Positions 27,925 to 42,449 are shown, counted from the first letter of the stretch. The stretch: DNA of 64,000 nt from Octopus vulgaris (GCA_951406725.2 OX597816.1:41912001-41976000); one strand, 5' to 3'. Translations and numbers: made by a program. The notes: a model not told the origin generated them from the letters alone.

Positions 27925-28990
27925 CAAACACACACTTCTACCAATATCATCTACTGCATCTCTCGCTCTCTCTGTCCCTCTATATACATCAGGCAAACGG
28001 GACCTCGCATGGCTGACCGGTTCGCGGAACACCTCCGAGACATCCGACTCGGCAATGGCATCCCAGCGCCATTTCGCTCTACCGTTCGTTCTTTGCAATC
28101 TTCTCTCTTCGCTTCTTTGCGCCACATGGGCTCTACTCTCTTCCACTCTTCATCTAACCTCCTCCCCTCGCCTCTGTTCCACTCACACCTACTTCCGCCC
28201 ACCAACCTCTCTTCTCTTGCTCCGACTCCTACTTCTCTTCACACCTACTTTCTTCTCTCTTCTCTTCATCTTACCCACCATCTCCTTTCTCCTCCATCGT
28301 TACCCCTCCCTTGTAAGCCCACACCCGCCCCTACACAATCCAACCCCACTTCCTTATCCTTCCCCATCCCACCCTACCCCATCCCTTACACCCACTCCCA
28401 TCTACCCCACCTCTACTCCACCCTCCGCCTACCCGCATGCCCACCTCTATCACCACACTCAGAGTACCCATACCCCACTCTTGTTTTTTCCACTCTCTCC
28501 TCCCCAACTCCCAACATCGTCACACCATACACCACTACACCCTATACCTCCATACTACACAACACATCACATCTCAACACACCACGGCGCGCACACCAGC
28601 ACTTACCACTACCCAGACTCACATTTTCACACCTACACATACACACACGCACACGTCAAAATCACTAACCCACTTCCAAACGCACATGCAAACTCTCTTA
28701 TACACACGCACGCGTACCTTCATTTTGGGATCAACACTACTTAGTTATGTCCCCTTCTCCATAACTCTTCTGTGTGACTCTTCTTTCCGGCATTCTCCAT
28801 GATATATCGCTAGCCATTACATATTCTTTATTTTCTCTCCTTGTTTATTTTTTTCTGTGTTGCTTTCTGTGCAAGAACGTAGGCTCGAAAAGTTAACAAC
28901 GTTTTCCTTTCCCGAGCGTTATACTAATACATCTGTTTGTTGTCTACACCGCCTGTCTTCGTCTTTTGTTTTCTGTGAATTTTCCATATA
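27925..28990 (+). mobile_element. Degenerate 3' copy of a Neptune-type PLE
   Basis: TSTNIIYCISRSLCPSIYIRQTGPRMADRFAEHLRDI matches the GIY-YIG of the 14.8-kb ORF. It is followed by a C-rich tail and the same pseudo-LTR (CGTAGGCTCGAAA). Confidence 0.85.
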
Positions 28991-29175
28991 TATATACATA
29001 CATAGGTACATACATATATGTGTATGTATGTATACATATATATATATATATATACATATATATACATGCACACATACATGCATACGCACATACATACACG
29101 CATACATAAATACATTCATACATACATGTATATATGTATGTATACACATATATGTGTATGTGTGGGGGTGTATCG

Positions 29176-29261
<86 letters not shown>

Positions 29262-29943
29262 ATGCATCAATATCCCCATCATCATAACATGTTTATCTCA
29301 TATACAAGATATCAACTGAGTCAGTATGTTTCTCCGAGACAAATATAGCCAAGATGCTCTATTCAAACTAATGAGAAACACTGCCCAGGTCGGACGGGTT
29401 AGACTATAAATGTAAAGAGAAACAAACTTCACAGTCAGTGATGATTCATGTACAAAATCTGGCGGGTAATACGGCCGGTCTAACGTCTGGTTCATTAGAG
29501 CTTTTCCTAACAGTCGTACTATAACATAAGTTAGGTTTGCATCATCCGCAATGGTCTTATTGTTCCCCGACTACAAGCCTGTATTTTCGAATTCCGCATA
29601 ATATTGCCGGGTATCATTCACATTTTATTGGAGTTTCTGTACTTTTTACACGTATTGTTTATATTTTGCATGGTTTCAAATTATTGTCCTCAGCAGAAAG
29701 CCTAATGAAATATTTGGATTTGTTGCCACCAACCCGGCAAAATATTTTATGGCATGCTATTCTCATCAACGGCCGACCATCCGATTGCCTGAAGATGCAT
29801 ATTGGGTGTGGATTATATGCCTGGGATCCATCCATGCAAAGAGGTGTAGTGGGAAACATGTTAACAATATTTTTCAAGGGCGTCTTTATATTGAACTTTC
29901 ATTCTAGCGGAAATTAAACTGCTTCATATTACAGACTTCTAAT

Positions 29944-30140
29944 GCATATATTCAAGGACTGTACTTATTTGAAACAACATAATTATTTTTTAGTAAAATA
30001 TAAATTGTTTTCATAATTAAAATACAGGGTTAGTAACCCAAGCATATATTCAAGGACTGTACTTATTTGAAACAACATAATTATTTTTTAGTAAAATATA
30101 AATTGTTTTCATAATTAAAATACAGGGTTAGTAACCCAAG
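29944..30140. repeat. Exact 98-bp tandem duplication
   Basis: GCATATATTCAAGGACTG...GTAACCCAA occurs at 29944 and again at 30042. Confidence 0.95.
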
Positions 30141-31639
30141 AAATGGAAACAATTCTGGAATTATTTTCCGATAGGTTAAATGTTGAATAGACTGTTATCA
30201 ATTAGGATCACGTCTAGAAAAAATAAGAGAAAATCATGATTCTATTTGTCTCGATGTTACTGTATTGATTAATAAATATACTGAACAGTGAGTATATATC
30301 ATTAATTCATCTTCACATTTGGGTTTATTTAAAATATAATTAACGATATTCGCTTTGCCCCCAGTTCATAATCTCAATATTCGTCCCCGCGTTAATCAAT
30401 AGATATCGTTATCGCTACTTATCTATTTCAAGCAAATGACATTAACGAGACAGGTTGAATTAAGGTCAGTAAAATGTATAATGTATTTCCAGTCCATATC
30501 TCGCAACTATGACCTGCTCTTCTCTATTATGCAAACATGTTGTTATAATTTAGAGATAATGTTATTATTTATTCAAACCTTTCGCCTTTATCCCAATAAA
30601 CATGAAGCAGTGTGCTTATTCAATCTTTAGAAATCTAGCTAAAGTTTCACTAAATTCAATTTACATTAAACGAGAGATTATTATAAATTTTGTAAAAAAA
30701 TAAACGAAATCATTTAACAGAGATCAGCTCCACAATACGGCCCAAAATATAATCTGGCTCCATATATATTTGGATGGTTTATTGATTATACTTGTTAATA
30801 TTCCATCAGAAAATGTATTTGCCATGAACTGCTAAAGTTTATAGTTCATTTTGAGTCAATCTTCGAGTATATTCGAAGCGCATTCCAAACTATGTCGACT
30901 GCACAGTTTCACTTTTGTGCCTGACGTTTCGGGTGTATATTTATTTATAACCACATTGTTGAAAAATAGTCATATATGATATCCGTTCAGATAGTCCAGA
31001 GTTCTGAGGCAAAATGGCAACTAACAGATTAAACTGATATAGAGCATATTACGATGTAATCATTTTGATTTCATTAAATTTTTAGGTTACAGGACGGACC
31101 ATCCCGAAATAGGGATAATTATTTTTTTTTAATTTACTTAATTTTCGATACAGTGAATCACATATGATTATAGAATCAAATAGATATTTTTATAGCAATG
31201 CAGATCGTGAATTTTTCGAACTTATGGCAAATAGATGTATGAACTTACGTATCGTACATATATCTACGGCTTTTTGCCACTTGTTGAAAGTGTTACAGAA
31301 ATTGTACTCTTTGATTTCGTGGATTTCCCGTTGGAGAAATTTCTTTTCACATGCCTACAAGTATCTGCTAGGAATGACATGTGAATAAACCAACTCATTC
31401 GTTAAATTTGGTACGGTTTGGTTGTGAATTATGAGAAATATTGGCGGCTTTCGGATCTTATAATTTCTGGAAACATTTCTTATTTCTTAGTAAACTTCTG
31501 TTGAAACACAGGATACGCAAGCCATTCCAAAACTCCTACTTCGAAAAGAAATGTTATATTAAAAATAGCAGAACATAAGAAGAACGGAGCGAAACAGTTG
31601 AAGAAGAAATAGAAGACGAGCTGTAAAGCAAGAACATGC

Positions 31640-31731
<92 letters not shown>

Positions 31732-31821
31732 TAATAATAAATAATAATAATAATAATAATCATAATAATAATAATAATAATAAATAATAAAATAATAAAA
31801 TAATAATAATAAATATAAAAT

Positions 31822-32823
31822 AACCACCATAGGACTGCAAAAATATCTACTTCAGAAGGAAGGAAAACTGATACAAATAGCGGCAAAACACGAGCAAAAC
31901 AAAAAAAAACTGTTCTCAGTATTTAGGGAAGCTGACAAATACAAACAAGAAATCATACCATCTAATAAATATGAAGAAGAAGAAGAAGAAGAAGAAGAAG
32001 AAGAAGAAGAAGAAGAAGAAGAAGAAGAAGAAGAAGAAGAAGAAGAAGAAGAAGAAGAAGAAGAAGAAACAACAAAAGCTATAAAACAAATGAAATCCAA
32101 ACTAACAATAGAACAGCAACGAACCATGATAAAACGATGGCAAGAAAAGATACTTCATGGTAAATACTGGACTAAACTAAACGCAAAAGAAATAGACAAA
32201 GAAAAATCCCAGCAATGGTTGAGAAGCTCAGGACTCAAAGTAGAGACAGAGGGATATTTAATTGCAGCACAAGACCAAAGCCTCCCCACCAGAAATTAAC
32301 AAAAACATGTAATGAAAAGAAATATAACAAGTAACTGCAGAAAATGTGGAGATGGACAAGAAACAATAAATCATATGATTCTCTAGCTGCCCAGTCCTGG
32401 CTAAGAAAGAATATATTCACAGACATGACAGAGTTGGAACCTACATACACTGGAAGCTATGCCAACATTATGGAATAACAACAGGAAAAAGATGGTATAG
32501 GCACACACCAGAAAAGGTAACAGAAAACGAGAAAGCAACCATACTCTGGGATATGCCGATACACACAGATAGAGAAATTAAGGCCAACAGACCAGATATA
32601 GTTGTCAGAGATCATGAAGGAAAACAATGCTTTCTAATTGGTGTATCAATACCGGCAGGTGACAACGTGTCTCTAAAAGAAATGGAGAAACTTTCAAAAT
32701 ACAAAGACCTGGAAATAGAGGTAACCAGAATGTGGAATCTAAAATCAGAAACAATTCCTATCATAGTAGGTACATTAGGCATGATAAAAAAATATTCAGA
32801 CAAATACATAACAAAAACTCCAG
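31822..32823 (+). mobile_element. R4/Dong-clade LINE fragment (CCHC finger + restriction-like endonuclease) next to a (TAA)n tract
   Basis: LHGKY, ETEGYLIAAQDQ, CRKC..ETINH..C, RHD, ILWD, NRPDIV, EKLSKYKDL, PIIVGTLG. (TAA)n at 31640-31820 and an internal (GAA)n expansion. Confidence 0.88.
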
Positions 32824-32850
32824 TACATATATACATATATATATATATAT

Positions 32851-33800
32851 GTCTCTCTATGTGTTCGACGTCTTTTTGGTGTCCTGTACACATATATGCG
32901 TGTATATGTACATGTAGAGGTAGGTACGTACATATATGTTTATATATATGCATATATTTTATTAACATATTATACGACTAAACGCACGCACCCTATTAAG
33001 TAAGATTGTTCTGTTTATCAAGTTCGCCTTGATATTAACTCTCACGCGACTCTGCATCTTTCTTTCTTTCTCTCCCATTCCCTTTTTCGTCTTTTTTCCC
33101 TCACTTAACTTGTCTCTTCCTCTCTCTCTCCCCCTCACTGTTCTTCATGGTCTCCTCGCACCATTCCCCTTCTTCTCTCTCTTCCTCTTGCTCCTCCTCC
33201 CCCATTCCCGTCGTCCATCTGCGACGATACTTCCGTCGTAACTGCTATCCTGTCCTTTCTCGCCCGCCTTCTAAGGCTACTGGTCGACATCTTCCTCTCT
33301 CGTCGTCCACTATAATCCAGCGTTTGCAATACTTTTTTCGTCTGGCGTTAACAACCCTTCTTATCTTGTTCTCCTTGTCCTGTCTCTCACTGTTATATAT
33401 TTATTTTTCCACTGTTTATATATATATTTTTTACTGTTTATATGTTTGTACTGTCGTTACCGTCTTGCTTTTTTTTACCCCTCTGCGAAAAGATCTCAGA
33501 ATTTTAATTGATTTGCTTTTCTCAGGAAGGAATTTTTCTTCGAAGTATACGTCTCGCTTTTATCCTTCGAAACGTTTAGTAGATGAAACTTTAGCGACTG
33601 AAGAAGGGGATTTTTCGTTGTGCTTATTGTCCTGTATCTCCTTTTTTTTGTGCCTGTCTTGTTCCTTGGTTTGTGTCTCTGTTTTTCGTCTCTCTATGTG
33701 TTCGACGTCTTTTTGGTGTCCTGTACACATATATGCGTGTATATGTACATGTAGAGGTAGGTACGTACATATATGTTTATATATATGCATATATTTTATT

Positions 33801-33807
<7 letters not shown>
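32851..33807 (+). mobile_element. Non-autonomous element with identical ~120-bp direct terminal repeats (pseudo-LTR-like)
   Basis: 32851-32970 is identical to 33688-33807. A related copy lies on the minus strand at 57975-58360. Confidence 0.65.
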
Positions 33808-33835
<28 letters not shown>

Positions 33836-34929
33836 GTATATACGTGTATGTTTACGTATACGTGTATGTATGTGTATATACATATATATGTAGGTAAATG
33901 GATATGAATGCAAACAGATAGACATAAGATAGGTACATAGGTAATATGAACAGATAGGCACACATAGATGCATACACACATATATACGCAAATGAAGGAT
34001 GAAACCCGTGACCGTATACACACACACGTATACTTCACTTCACACAAGAACACATATGGCGTCATACATCCATCCGTAACAGACGCACATATATAGTGAC
34101 AAAAGCAGATACGCAGACACACTTAGACATGCACACGCAAGGCGACAGAGTTATGCATACACACGCACACACACATGGAAACACACACACATACAAAAAC
34201 ACAAACACATGAATATGCAGAAGAGATACATACAAACGTACACACACACACACACACATATATATATATTTAAATTCAGGGTGAATACTTGATAATGTGT
34301 GTTAGCATCTGTATATGCTAGCTAGTACAGAGATGAGAGGGTATATGCATCAAATGAAATAAAAAACACAAATATGATGGAAGTCCTTGGTATAGCAATT
34401 GCATGCGGTTGAAAAGAGCTGTTATGTCGATTATACATTGATGTAAGAATAGGTTGTTGTATAAATCTTGAAACACGTGTACCGCGACATCCTTTGTGTT
34501 CTGTTTTTTTATTTCATTTGATGCATATATATATATATATGCATTCACACAAGGAATGTATACAAGCATACATATATACATATGTGTATGCGCACGCACA
34601 CTCTCCTACACACATCCGCACAGTCAGAAGTTAGTAACGCATATATATATATACAGAGAGAACAGTATATAAGGATAAAATCAACTTAATGATTTATAGA
34701 TAATTTATACAGTAAATTGTTTTATATATATATATATAGTAATGATATGACAACAAAAGCATAAATGAGACCTCCATACTATGTAAATAGAGGAATATAG
34801 ATATGTATATATGTACATGTATGGTTGCATATATATGTGTATATATAGGTGTGTATGTATGTGTTTCACGTGAGTGTAAGTGAGCATAAACACATAGGCA
34901 CATGTATGTGGGTGTGCATTCACCATGAT

Positions 34930-35108
34930 AGATCGGTAGCCACCACACACATTTTTCTCTCTCCTTGTTTCTTTCTGTGTTCCTTTCGGTGGATGAGCGT
35001 AGGCTCGGAACTTATAAAACTTTTTCAAATCCCGAGCGTGGTACTAATACATCTGTTTGTTTTCTACACCGCCTGTCTTCGTCTTTTGTTTTCTCGTGAA
35101 TTCTCCCC
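34930..35108 (+). mobile_element. Solo Neptune pseudo-LTR
   Basis: Matches 17670-17860: GAGCGTAGGCTCG, ACTAATACA, CCTGTCTTCGTCTTTTG. Confidence 0.8.
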
Positions 35109-36017
35109 ATGTGCGTAGATATGTACATGCGCGCATGCGCGATTTCTATGAGCTTCTTTACTTTTTTTATTTTCTACTTTCTCCCCTTCGGCATTTTTTC
35201 CATTTATTTAGCAGTCATTCTAATAGCTCTATTGTTTTAATAACGGTTAATTACATATTAATTTCCCTTGTTTAACGGTTATTTTCATAGCAGTTTTTCA
35301 TTGCCTTGATAACTGACGAGATGCCGGAACAAATTTCCACATAGATATCCGAAACTCGGAGCTTTATTATGGCAACCGAAACATTGTTACATATTATATT
35401 TCACACGCACGCACACACACACATACACACACACAGACACACACACACACATACAACACACACACATACATACATATATATATATATATCTTATATTACA
35501 TATCTATATATGTATGTAAGTATGTATATAATTATTAATTTAAGGTATACATTACCGATAATTTTTTATTGCATGCTGACTACTTGATGAAAATCATAAA
35601 CCTTGTTTTATCCTTATATTCTCTTATTAATTAATAAATGAAATAAAACAATATAATTATTTTTACTCCTGATCGGAATACCATTTCATGCGGATCTATT
35701 TTGATAATATACTGGTAGCTGTCGTGAAAAGAATATAAATCTGAATATTTGTATGTCGACATGCGAATCAGCTTTGTACGGGTATGTATAATTATGTGTA
35801 TGTATAATTATTCGTATTTGTTGACGAAGGAAAAAAACCCTGCTTTATGGCTTTAATCCAGAAATTGGACCCAATTCACAATTAACGTGTTGTCTTTTTA
35901 ATATATTTCACTCGACCAACTACAGCCCGTATATAGTTTGGAGATTTTGGGTAGTATCTGAGTGTCTCGGCATTTTCAAGCATGTTTCCGCCCTTACTTC
36001 CGCCCCATAATATAATT

Positions 36018-36048
<31 letters not shown>

Positions 36049-36131
36049 CACATATATACACACACACACACATATATATATATATACACATATATATATA
36101 CACATAGATACACGTATATACATATATATAT

Positions 36132-36196
<65 letters not shown>

Positions 36197-36884
36197 TACA
36201 CATACATACATATACATACATACATATATACACATATATATATATATAATGATACTGGTATATATACATATATAGAGAAAGTAATACATACAAGCACATA
36301 CACAGGTATATATATATATTTATATATGCATTTATTTGTTTAAATGTACGTATACGTATACAATAACGTATACGTATACAATAACGTATATGTAGTAACA
36401 TTTATCTATAGAAAGATGTTGCGAACATTCATATACACAAAGACGTAGTCACACTTTTCTTTATTCTCTCTCTCTCTCACTCTCTCTTTCTCTTTCTCTC
36501 TCGCCCACTGTCCTAGACACATAATTATAGAGAAGTGCAAAACTAGAAAAGCTGCAACTAGTCGAACATTATATACGAACCGATATAACATGAGAATGCT
36601 ATTTTCGTTGTCTTTGTAGGCGTTGACTATTTTTACAAAACTACCGAGTATTATGATTTGTGTCAACAACATTCAGCGAAGCAAAGGAGCTTAATTACAT
36701 GTGAGAATCTTTAAATATTGATCTTGCAACTGGAATCTGTTTGTACGCCATATAAATGTTACCTATTTTTCCTTTCAAGAATCTTTCTGTCGGAACAATA
36801 TAATTTTATTTTTTTACTGCATTAATTATGATGAAGGTGATGATGAGGAAGGTCGACGACGACGATGAAAATGATGAGGAGGAA

Positions 36885-36916
<32 letters not shown>

Positions 36917-36936
36917 TAATAATGATAATAATAACG

Positions 36937-37069
<133 letters not shown>

Positions 37070-37089
37070 TAATAATGATAATAATAACG

Positions 37090-37156
<67 letters not shown>

Positions 37157-37157
<1 letters not shown>

Positions 37158-37341
37158 TACAAACACATATAACATACAGAAAATTGCACTACTAGGCACT
37201 GCACATATCCTACGCAGAACACTTTCCATACAATAACCATCAGAGCATCACAACAAATCACAGCACATACCCAAGGCACACAGAGTGAAGTAGGCACTCG
37301 GTAGTGAAGTGAAAGCACGCTATAAAAAATAAAACTACTGA
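37157..37341 (+). mobile_element. R4/Dong-clade LINE extreme 3' end flanked by (TAA)n
   Basis: TNTYNIQKIALLGTAHILRRTLSIQ* plus 3' UTR, with TAA repeats on both sides. Confidence 0.8.
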
Positions 37342-38184
37342 ATAATTATAATAATAATAATAATCTCTGCCCTAGGTGTATGGAAAACACTCGGCGAGAA
37401 ACGGAGGAAAATTTGAAGACAGAAGGAAAAAACGAAATAATAATAAAAATACTGATGATGATTATAATGATGATGATAATGACGATGATGATATAATTCA
37501 TATAATTCCCTACGCCGTAGAACTTAGACTGTGCTTACTGAAATAGTTATAGCAGAATAATTCAGATTTTGCTTCAAAGCCGAAACGTATATATTAATCG
37601 GATGAATTTCAAATTGTATGAGGGGATATTTACGCCGATTGGAAAATGTTTATGTATTTGAAGTGCAATGACATGTAAAGGAAAATAAATTATATATTTA
37701 ATGAATGCGATCTCTGAAATTTAATATAATTGTCTGCATCACTAGAAATTCGCAGAGAAACCCACCACCACCGCATACACAAACAAAAATTATCTCGTAA
37801 ATATTCGTGGTCTGTACACTATTTGTCTAATATTTGCGTCTTTGCTCAGGGAGAATGTAGACAGCATTTGCTAATATGGCGACTTCGTTTCTGAAGTTGT
37901 ATTAGCGTTTCTGTGATTTCTCTGCAAGACAGCAACAATAAATGTCTATGCACCACAACGATGAACACTAATTCTTCCCTACTTAGCTCACATGATATAT
38001 TCGTTCGTTGAATTCCGTTGGGTTCTAAAGGGTGAATATTATAGGAGTACTCAATAAATATTGTAGAGGATATGTTTCTTTGAAAAAATTGGAAAAAATT
38101 CTCGACTTCTTGCATGAGCATTGCAGTGGCGTGAAATGCAAGACACGAGTTTTAGGTTCAATAATACGAATATATATATATATA

Positions 38185-39475
38185 TACCAGGGATGGTAAG
38201 ACAACTGATTTGTAAAGAGCCAGCTTTGTATTCTTATTTATATGTTGCTGGCACCAAACGCGTGACTCCAAGCTACCAAATACTTTTGCTGCCCTTCGAA
38301 TTCGCAGCTGTATTTCTGTATGAAGATTTCCATCATTTTGGACAGAGCTTCTAAGGTAGACGAACGTATCGACAACCTGAAGTAACTTACCCTTTAGGTG
38401 GGTTACAAATAGCACCACAAGCAGGCTGATGCATTACAACATGTTTTTTTTCAAGTTGATGGTCAAGCCAAAATCATCACAAGCTGAGTGAATTAGAGAT
38501 ACAATAGACTTGTTTCAGAATGACTGACAAGATCGCAATCTTCAGCATACAAAAGTTCTCGAATGAGTGAAGTAAAAACCTTCGTTTTGAATTTCAGTCT
38601 GGTCAGATTAAAAACATTCCCTGTAGTTCTATATTTTATGTAAATACCCTCCTCAGAGTTTTGAGAAGTATGTGACTTCACAGCAGCACAGTATATTGAA
38701 AAGAGGGTGGGTGCATCAAGGTGTGTTTGCTTTCCTCCATTTTTCACAGTAAAAGATTCACAGAGCCTGCCACCAAAACTAACTCTAGCTTTCATATCTT
38801 GGTGCAAAACCATGACCATGTTTACAATTTTTTTCTGGGCAACCTATTTTCCTTAGAATTAGCCACAGAGCATTTCAATTAACAGTATCGAATGCTTCGC
38901 TCAAATCAACAAAGCAATGTAATAGAGCAAGATTCTGTTCAATGCAATTTTCTTGTAAATATCTGGCAGTAATGCTACAATCAGCTGTGTCCCTGGAGGA
39001 ACGAAAACCACACGGAGACTCAGATACTATATTTGGAACTATAAAGGTATTTAAAAATTTTAACACAATGCAGGCAAGTACCTTTCCAGCCACAGACAAA
39101 AGCGAAATCCCACGAAAATTACTTCTGCACAGATTCCATCAGACCCTGGAGACTTATGTTATTCAGCTTATTCACAGCTAAATGAATGTCATTTAGAGTT
39201 GGTTCAAATGCTATCTCTTCTATAACTGGAAGGTGTTCAATTTTTTCTATCGCCCTCATATCAACGGATGATGGTCTATTCAAAAGTGCAGAGAAATGTT
39301 CTACCCAACGCTTATGAAATAAGTGGTGTCAGTCAGAAGACAATGTCCATTTGCTGTTCTCACTGGAGCTATTGAGGAAGATTTTGGGCCATATACCTCC
39401 TAACATAAGAGTACAAACACTTGGCATCATTTCTATCAGCTGCTTCATGTACTCGTTTTGCTGTATCATTCCGCC
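38185..39475 (-). mobile_element. RTE-clade LINE ORF2 relic
   Basis: LSVAGKVLA, PESPCGFRSSR-like, FVDLSEAFDTVN, APTLFSIY, ELLYAEDC, FVYL.S, EIQLRI..A...FG.L..RVW, TKLALYKSVVLPSL.Y. Confidence 0.85.
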
Positions 39476-39481
39476 ACGGCT

Positions 39482-40117
39482 GTGAAATAAATCCACTGAT
39501 TACAAAAATAGAAATAATACATTTCTAAATATCTCAGAGACTGTCACATTAAGTTGACAGTATACAACTTAATATTATCAATACGGACATTTTCTCTTGT
39601 TTTTGTATGATTTATGCAATAAAAATGTCATTGCCGAGGATGATAATTAGCTATGTTTGTGACATATTTTCATATTAAGTTGACATATTTTCACATTAAG
39701 TTGACAGTATACAACTACTCTATCGTACCACTACTGCATATATCTCTGAGCTATTTAGAAATATATTATTTCTATTTTTGTCATCAGTGGATATATTTCA
39801 CTAGAATTCTTATATGTTTACAAGAGATAGATAGACATCTCCAACTAGCAAGCCATATTATTCCAGACTGATGACGAGCAAAGACTCAGAAACTAGTTTC
39901 TGGTTGCAGGCTTAGCCGGGTGGGGTGCTTATCCCCCCTTGTAAGCATAAGAACTCAGGAAATGTGTCAAGGCCGACAGGAAGCGTTGCTGCTTCCTAGG
40001 GCTAAATAGGAGTAGTGTCATTTCCTTCATGGGACTGTCACATTTCGTTGACTGTATACAACTACTCTATCTACTGCATATATCTCTCTGAGATAATTAG
40101 AAATGTATTATTTCTAA
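39482..40117 (+). mobile_element. Retrozyme-like tandem repeat (~347-nt unit, ~1.2 copies plus inverted and partial pieces)
   Basis: TCACATT..GTTGAC recurs at 39691 and 40038. HHR at 39863-39903. 39482-39540 is an inverted copy of 39743-39801. Confidence 0.8.
39863..39903 (+). ncRNA. Minimal type I hammerhead ribozyme
   Basis: CCAGA-CUGAUGA-CGAG-CAAAGA-CUCA-GAAAC-UA-GUU-UCUGG. Confidence 0.8.
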
Positions 40118-41234
40118 TATTATTCATATTTAATTCTTATTCACACATCGTACCTTTTTTATATGCATATATATATGTATATTTGTACATATATATATAT
40201 GTATGTATGTATGTGTGTGTGTCTGTGTGTGTGTGTGCGTGTGTATGTGTATATATGCATATACATATACATATATTTATAATTGTATATATATATATAT
40301 ATATGTTTGTATATATGCAGTAATAGTTATAGTGGTTAGAAAAAAAGAACGACACCAACAAAAACAAGAACAAGAAGAACAACAACAATGCCAATCAATT
40401 TCATTAAGTCACTGTAGAGATGTTTTAGGAGGCATTTTAGTGAAGACAGCATTTTTATCCTTTTTTCCGATAAAACTTTAAATCTTGAAATGAAATATGA
40501 AAATATGTCACAAACGTAGCTAATTATCATCCCCAGCACTGACTTTATTATTGCATAAATCATACAAAAACAAACGAAAATGTCCATACTGATAACATTA
40601 ATACGCCAGCATAATATAAATTCGCCGTTTAACTATGTTGTTAATTGGATAAATCTGTACAATTTTGACAGAGACAATGGGATTTATTATGTCTGAAAAT
40701 CAAAATGAAGGAATGAAACAATAAGAAAGTTACAGCAGGAAAATGGAATCTGATATGAATAAGGGATTAAATACACGAAACGTAATTATTATTGTGCCAA
40801 AAAGTCAGGATAAAATCGGCATCTGTTAAGCTGGCTGCTGGAAATTTATTTGAATCAGGAAAATATTTTCGTACTGAGGGTCTATGGGCACAAATCATTA
40901 ATTAAATTTTGACGCATGGATGAGTTAAGATGACGAAATTTATTTTGCCCCTAGCAGTTTTCCCCGGTCACGAAACTAGAAAACGTATTCTTAACACTTC
41001 AAAATTGGTTCAAATCGTCGCTCGAACTTCAAATTCATTAACGATTTTCGATCGGAAACAAAATATGCCCTTCTTATATATACACACAAAGATATTTACA
41101 TATAAAAATAGATTTTTATGTAGTTATGTACTTTAAAGGTATTTTGATTCTGGATATAGTAAATTTCATACAATTTCATACAAATATATATCCTCATTAG
41201 CAGAAACCTTCGAAATACGAGGAGAAATATTAGA

Positions 41235-41684
41235 GACGTCGGAGTGCGTGTGTGGTAAGTAGCTTGCTTACCAGCCACATGGTTCCAGGTTCAATCCCAC
41301 TGCGTGGCAATTTGGGCAAGTGTCTTCAACTATAGCCTTGGGCCGAGCAAAGCCTTGTGAGAAGATTTGGTAGACGGAAACTGAAAGAAGCCCGCCGTAT
41401 ATATATATATATATATGTGTGTGTGCGTGCGGGTGTGTGTGAGTGTGTACGCGCGCATGTGTGTGTGTGTATGTTTGTGTGTCTGTGTTTATCCCCCAAC
41501 ATCGCTTGAGAACCGATGCTGGTGTGCTTACGTCCCCGTGAGTAAGCGGTTCGGTAAAAGAGACCGATAGAATAAGTACTAGGCTTACAAAGAATAAGTC
41601 CCGGGGTCGATTTGCTCGACGAAAGGCGGTGCTCCAGTATGGCTACAGTCAAATGACTGAAACAAGTAAAATAGTAAAAGAATA
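41235..41684 (+). mobile_element. tRNA-derived SINE (family A), full length
   Basis: A box TGTGTGGTAAG, B box GGTTCAATCCC, internal (TA)/(TG) tract, and tail AAACAAGTAAAA. Confidence 0.88.
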
Positions 41685-42449
41685 ATAATTAGATATATTT
41701 GAGTGGAATTAGTACGTTTGATTTTTGTTTATATCATTGAACCAACTAAATATTTCCAAGGAATTAGGCCATAAATGTAAATGCTTTTAAATAATAAATT
41801 TAGTAATCTTACCGATATCTGATTTGGACAGATAGATTAGTCTAACTTGGGGATTCGTATGCATTAATATTGCTTAATTTATGCCAACAGTTTTGCTTCA
41901 TTAATTGGCATTCTTTTATTTGCTACATAAAATGACAATTGCCTATAAGTTTTGTAATCCACTAAAACACCTTCCTGAACACTTATGCAACGTAATTTGT
42001 TTCTTTCCTAAATACCAAATTGATGTTTAAAACTAAAACTACACTGCTACTATTTAATCCAACAAACAAAATATAGATAATCTTCTCGTTACATTATTCT
42101 AACATTCCAAAATTTTCCAATAATCAATAGATATTAAATGCATATGTTAAAGATATTTTTTACTAAATAAGAGGAAATTATATTGTTGTTTTATCTTTCT
42201 TCTATACTTCATAAAACTTCGCTTGAAAACTTCAGTAGCAATAGCAAAGAATAAATCCAGTATGTCATCTATGCAAAGTTCTTTTACATATATTGGTTGC
42301 GCGTAGTTTACAAAGAATACTTGTTCTTAAATTACTGACAGTTAGCGGAAGGCCACACATGGAAATTCAACAGCAAAGTACAAAATTCGTTTTGCTTATA
42401 TGAAATGCAATGACTAAATTCTTTTGTTAGGGAAGGAATCATTGTGTAA

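Noticed and set aside
33563-33612. Permuted (type II) hammerhead: CCTTC-GAAAC...CTGAAGA-AGG
   Set aside because: I could not build a convincing stem I or III in either copy.
39905-39985. Pol III A/B boxes within the retrozyme unit
   Set aside because: An A-box-like GGCTTAGCCGG is present, but the B box is not conserved across the three copies.
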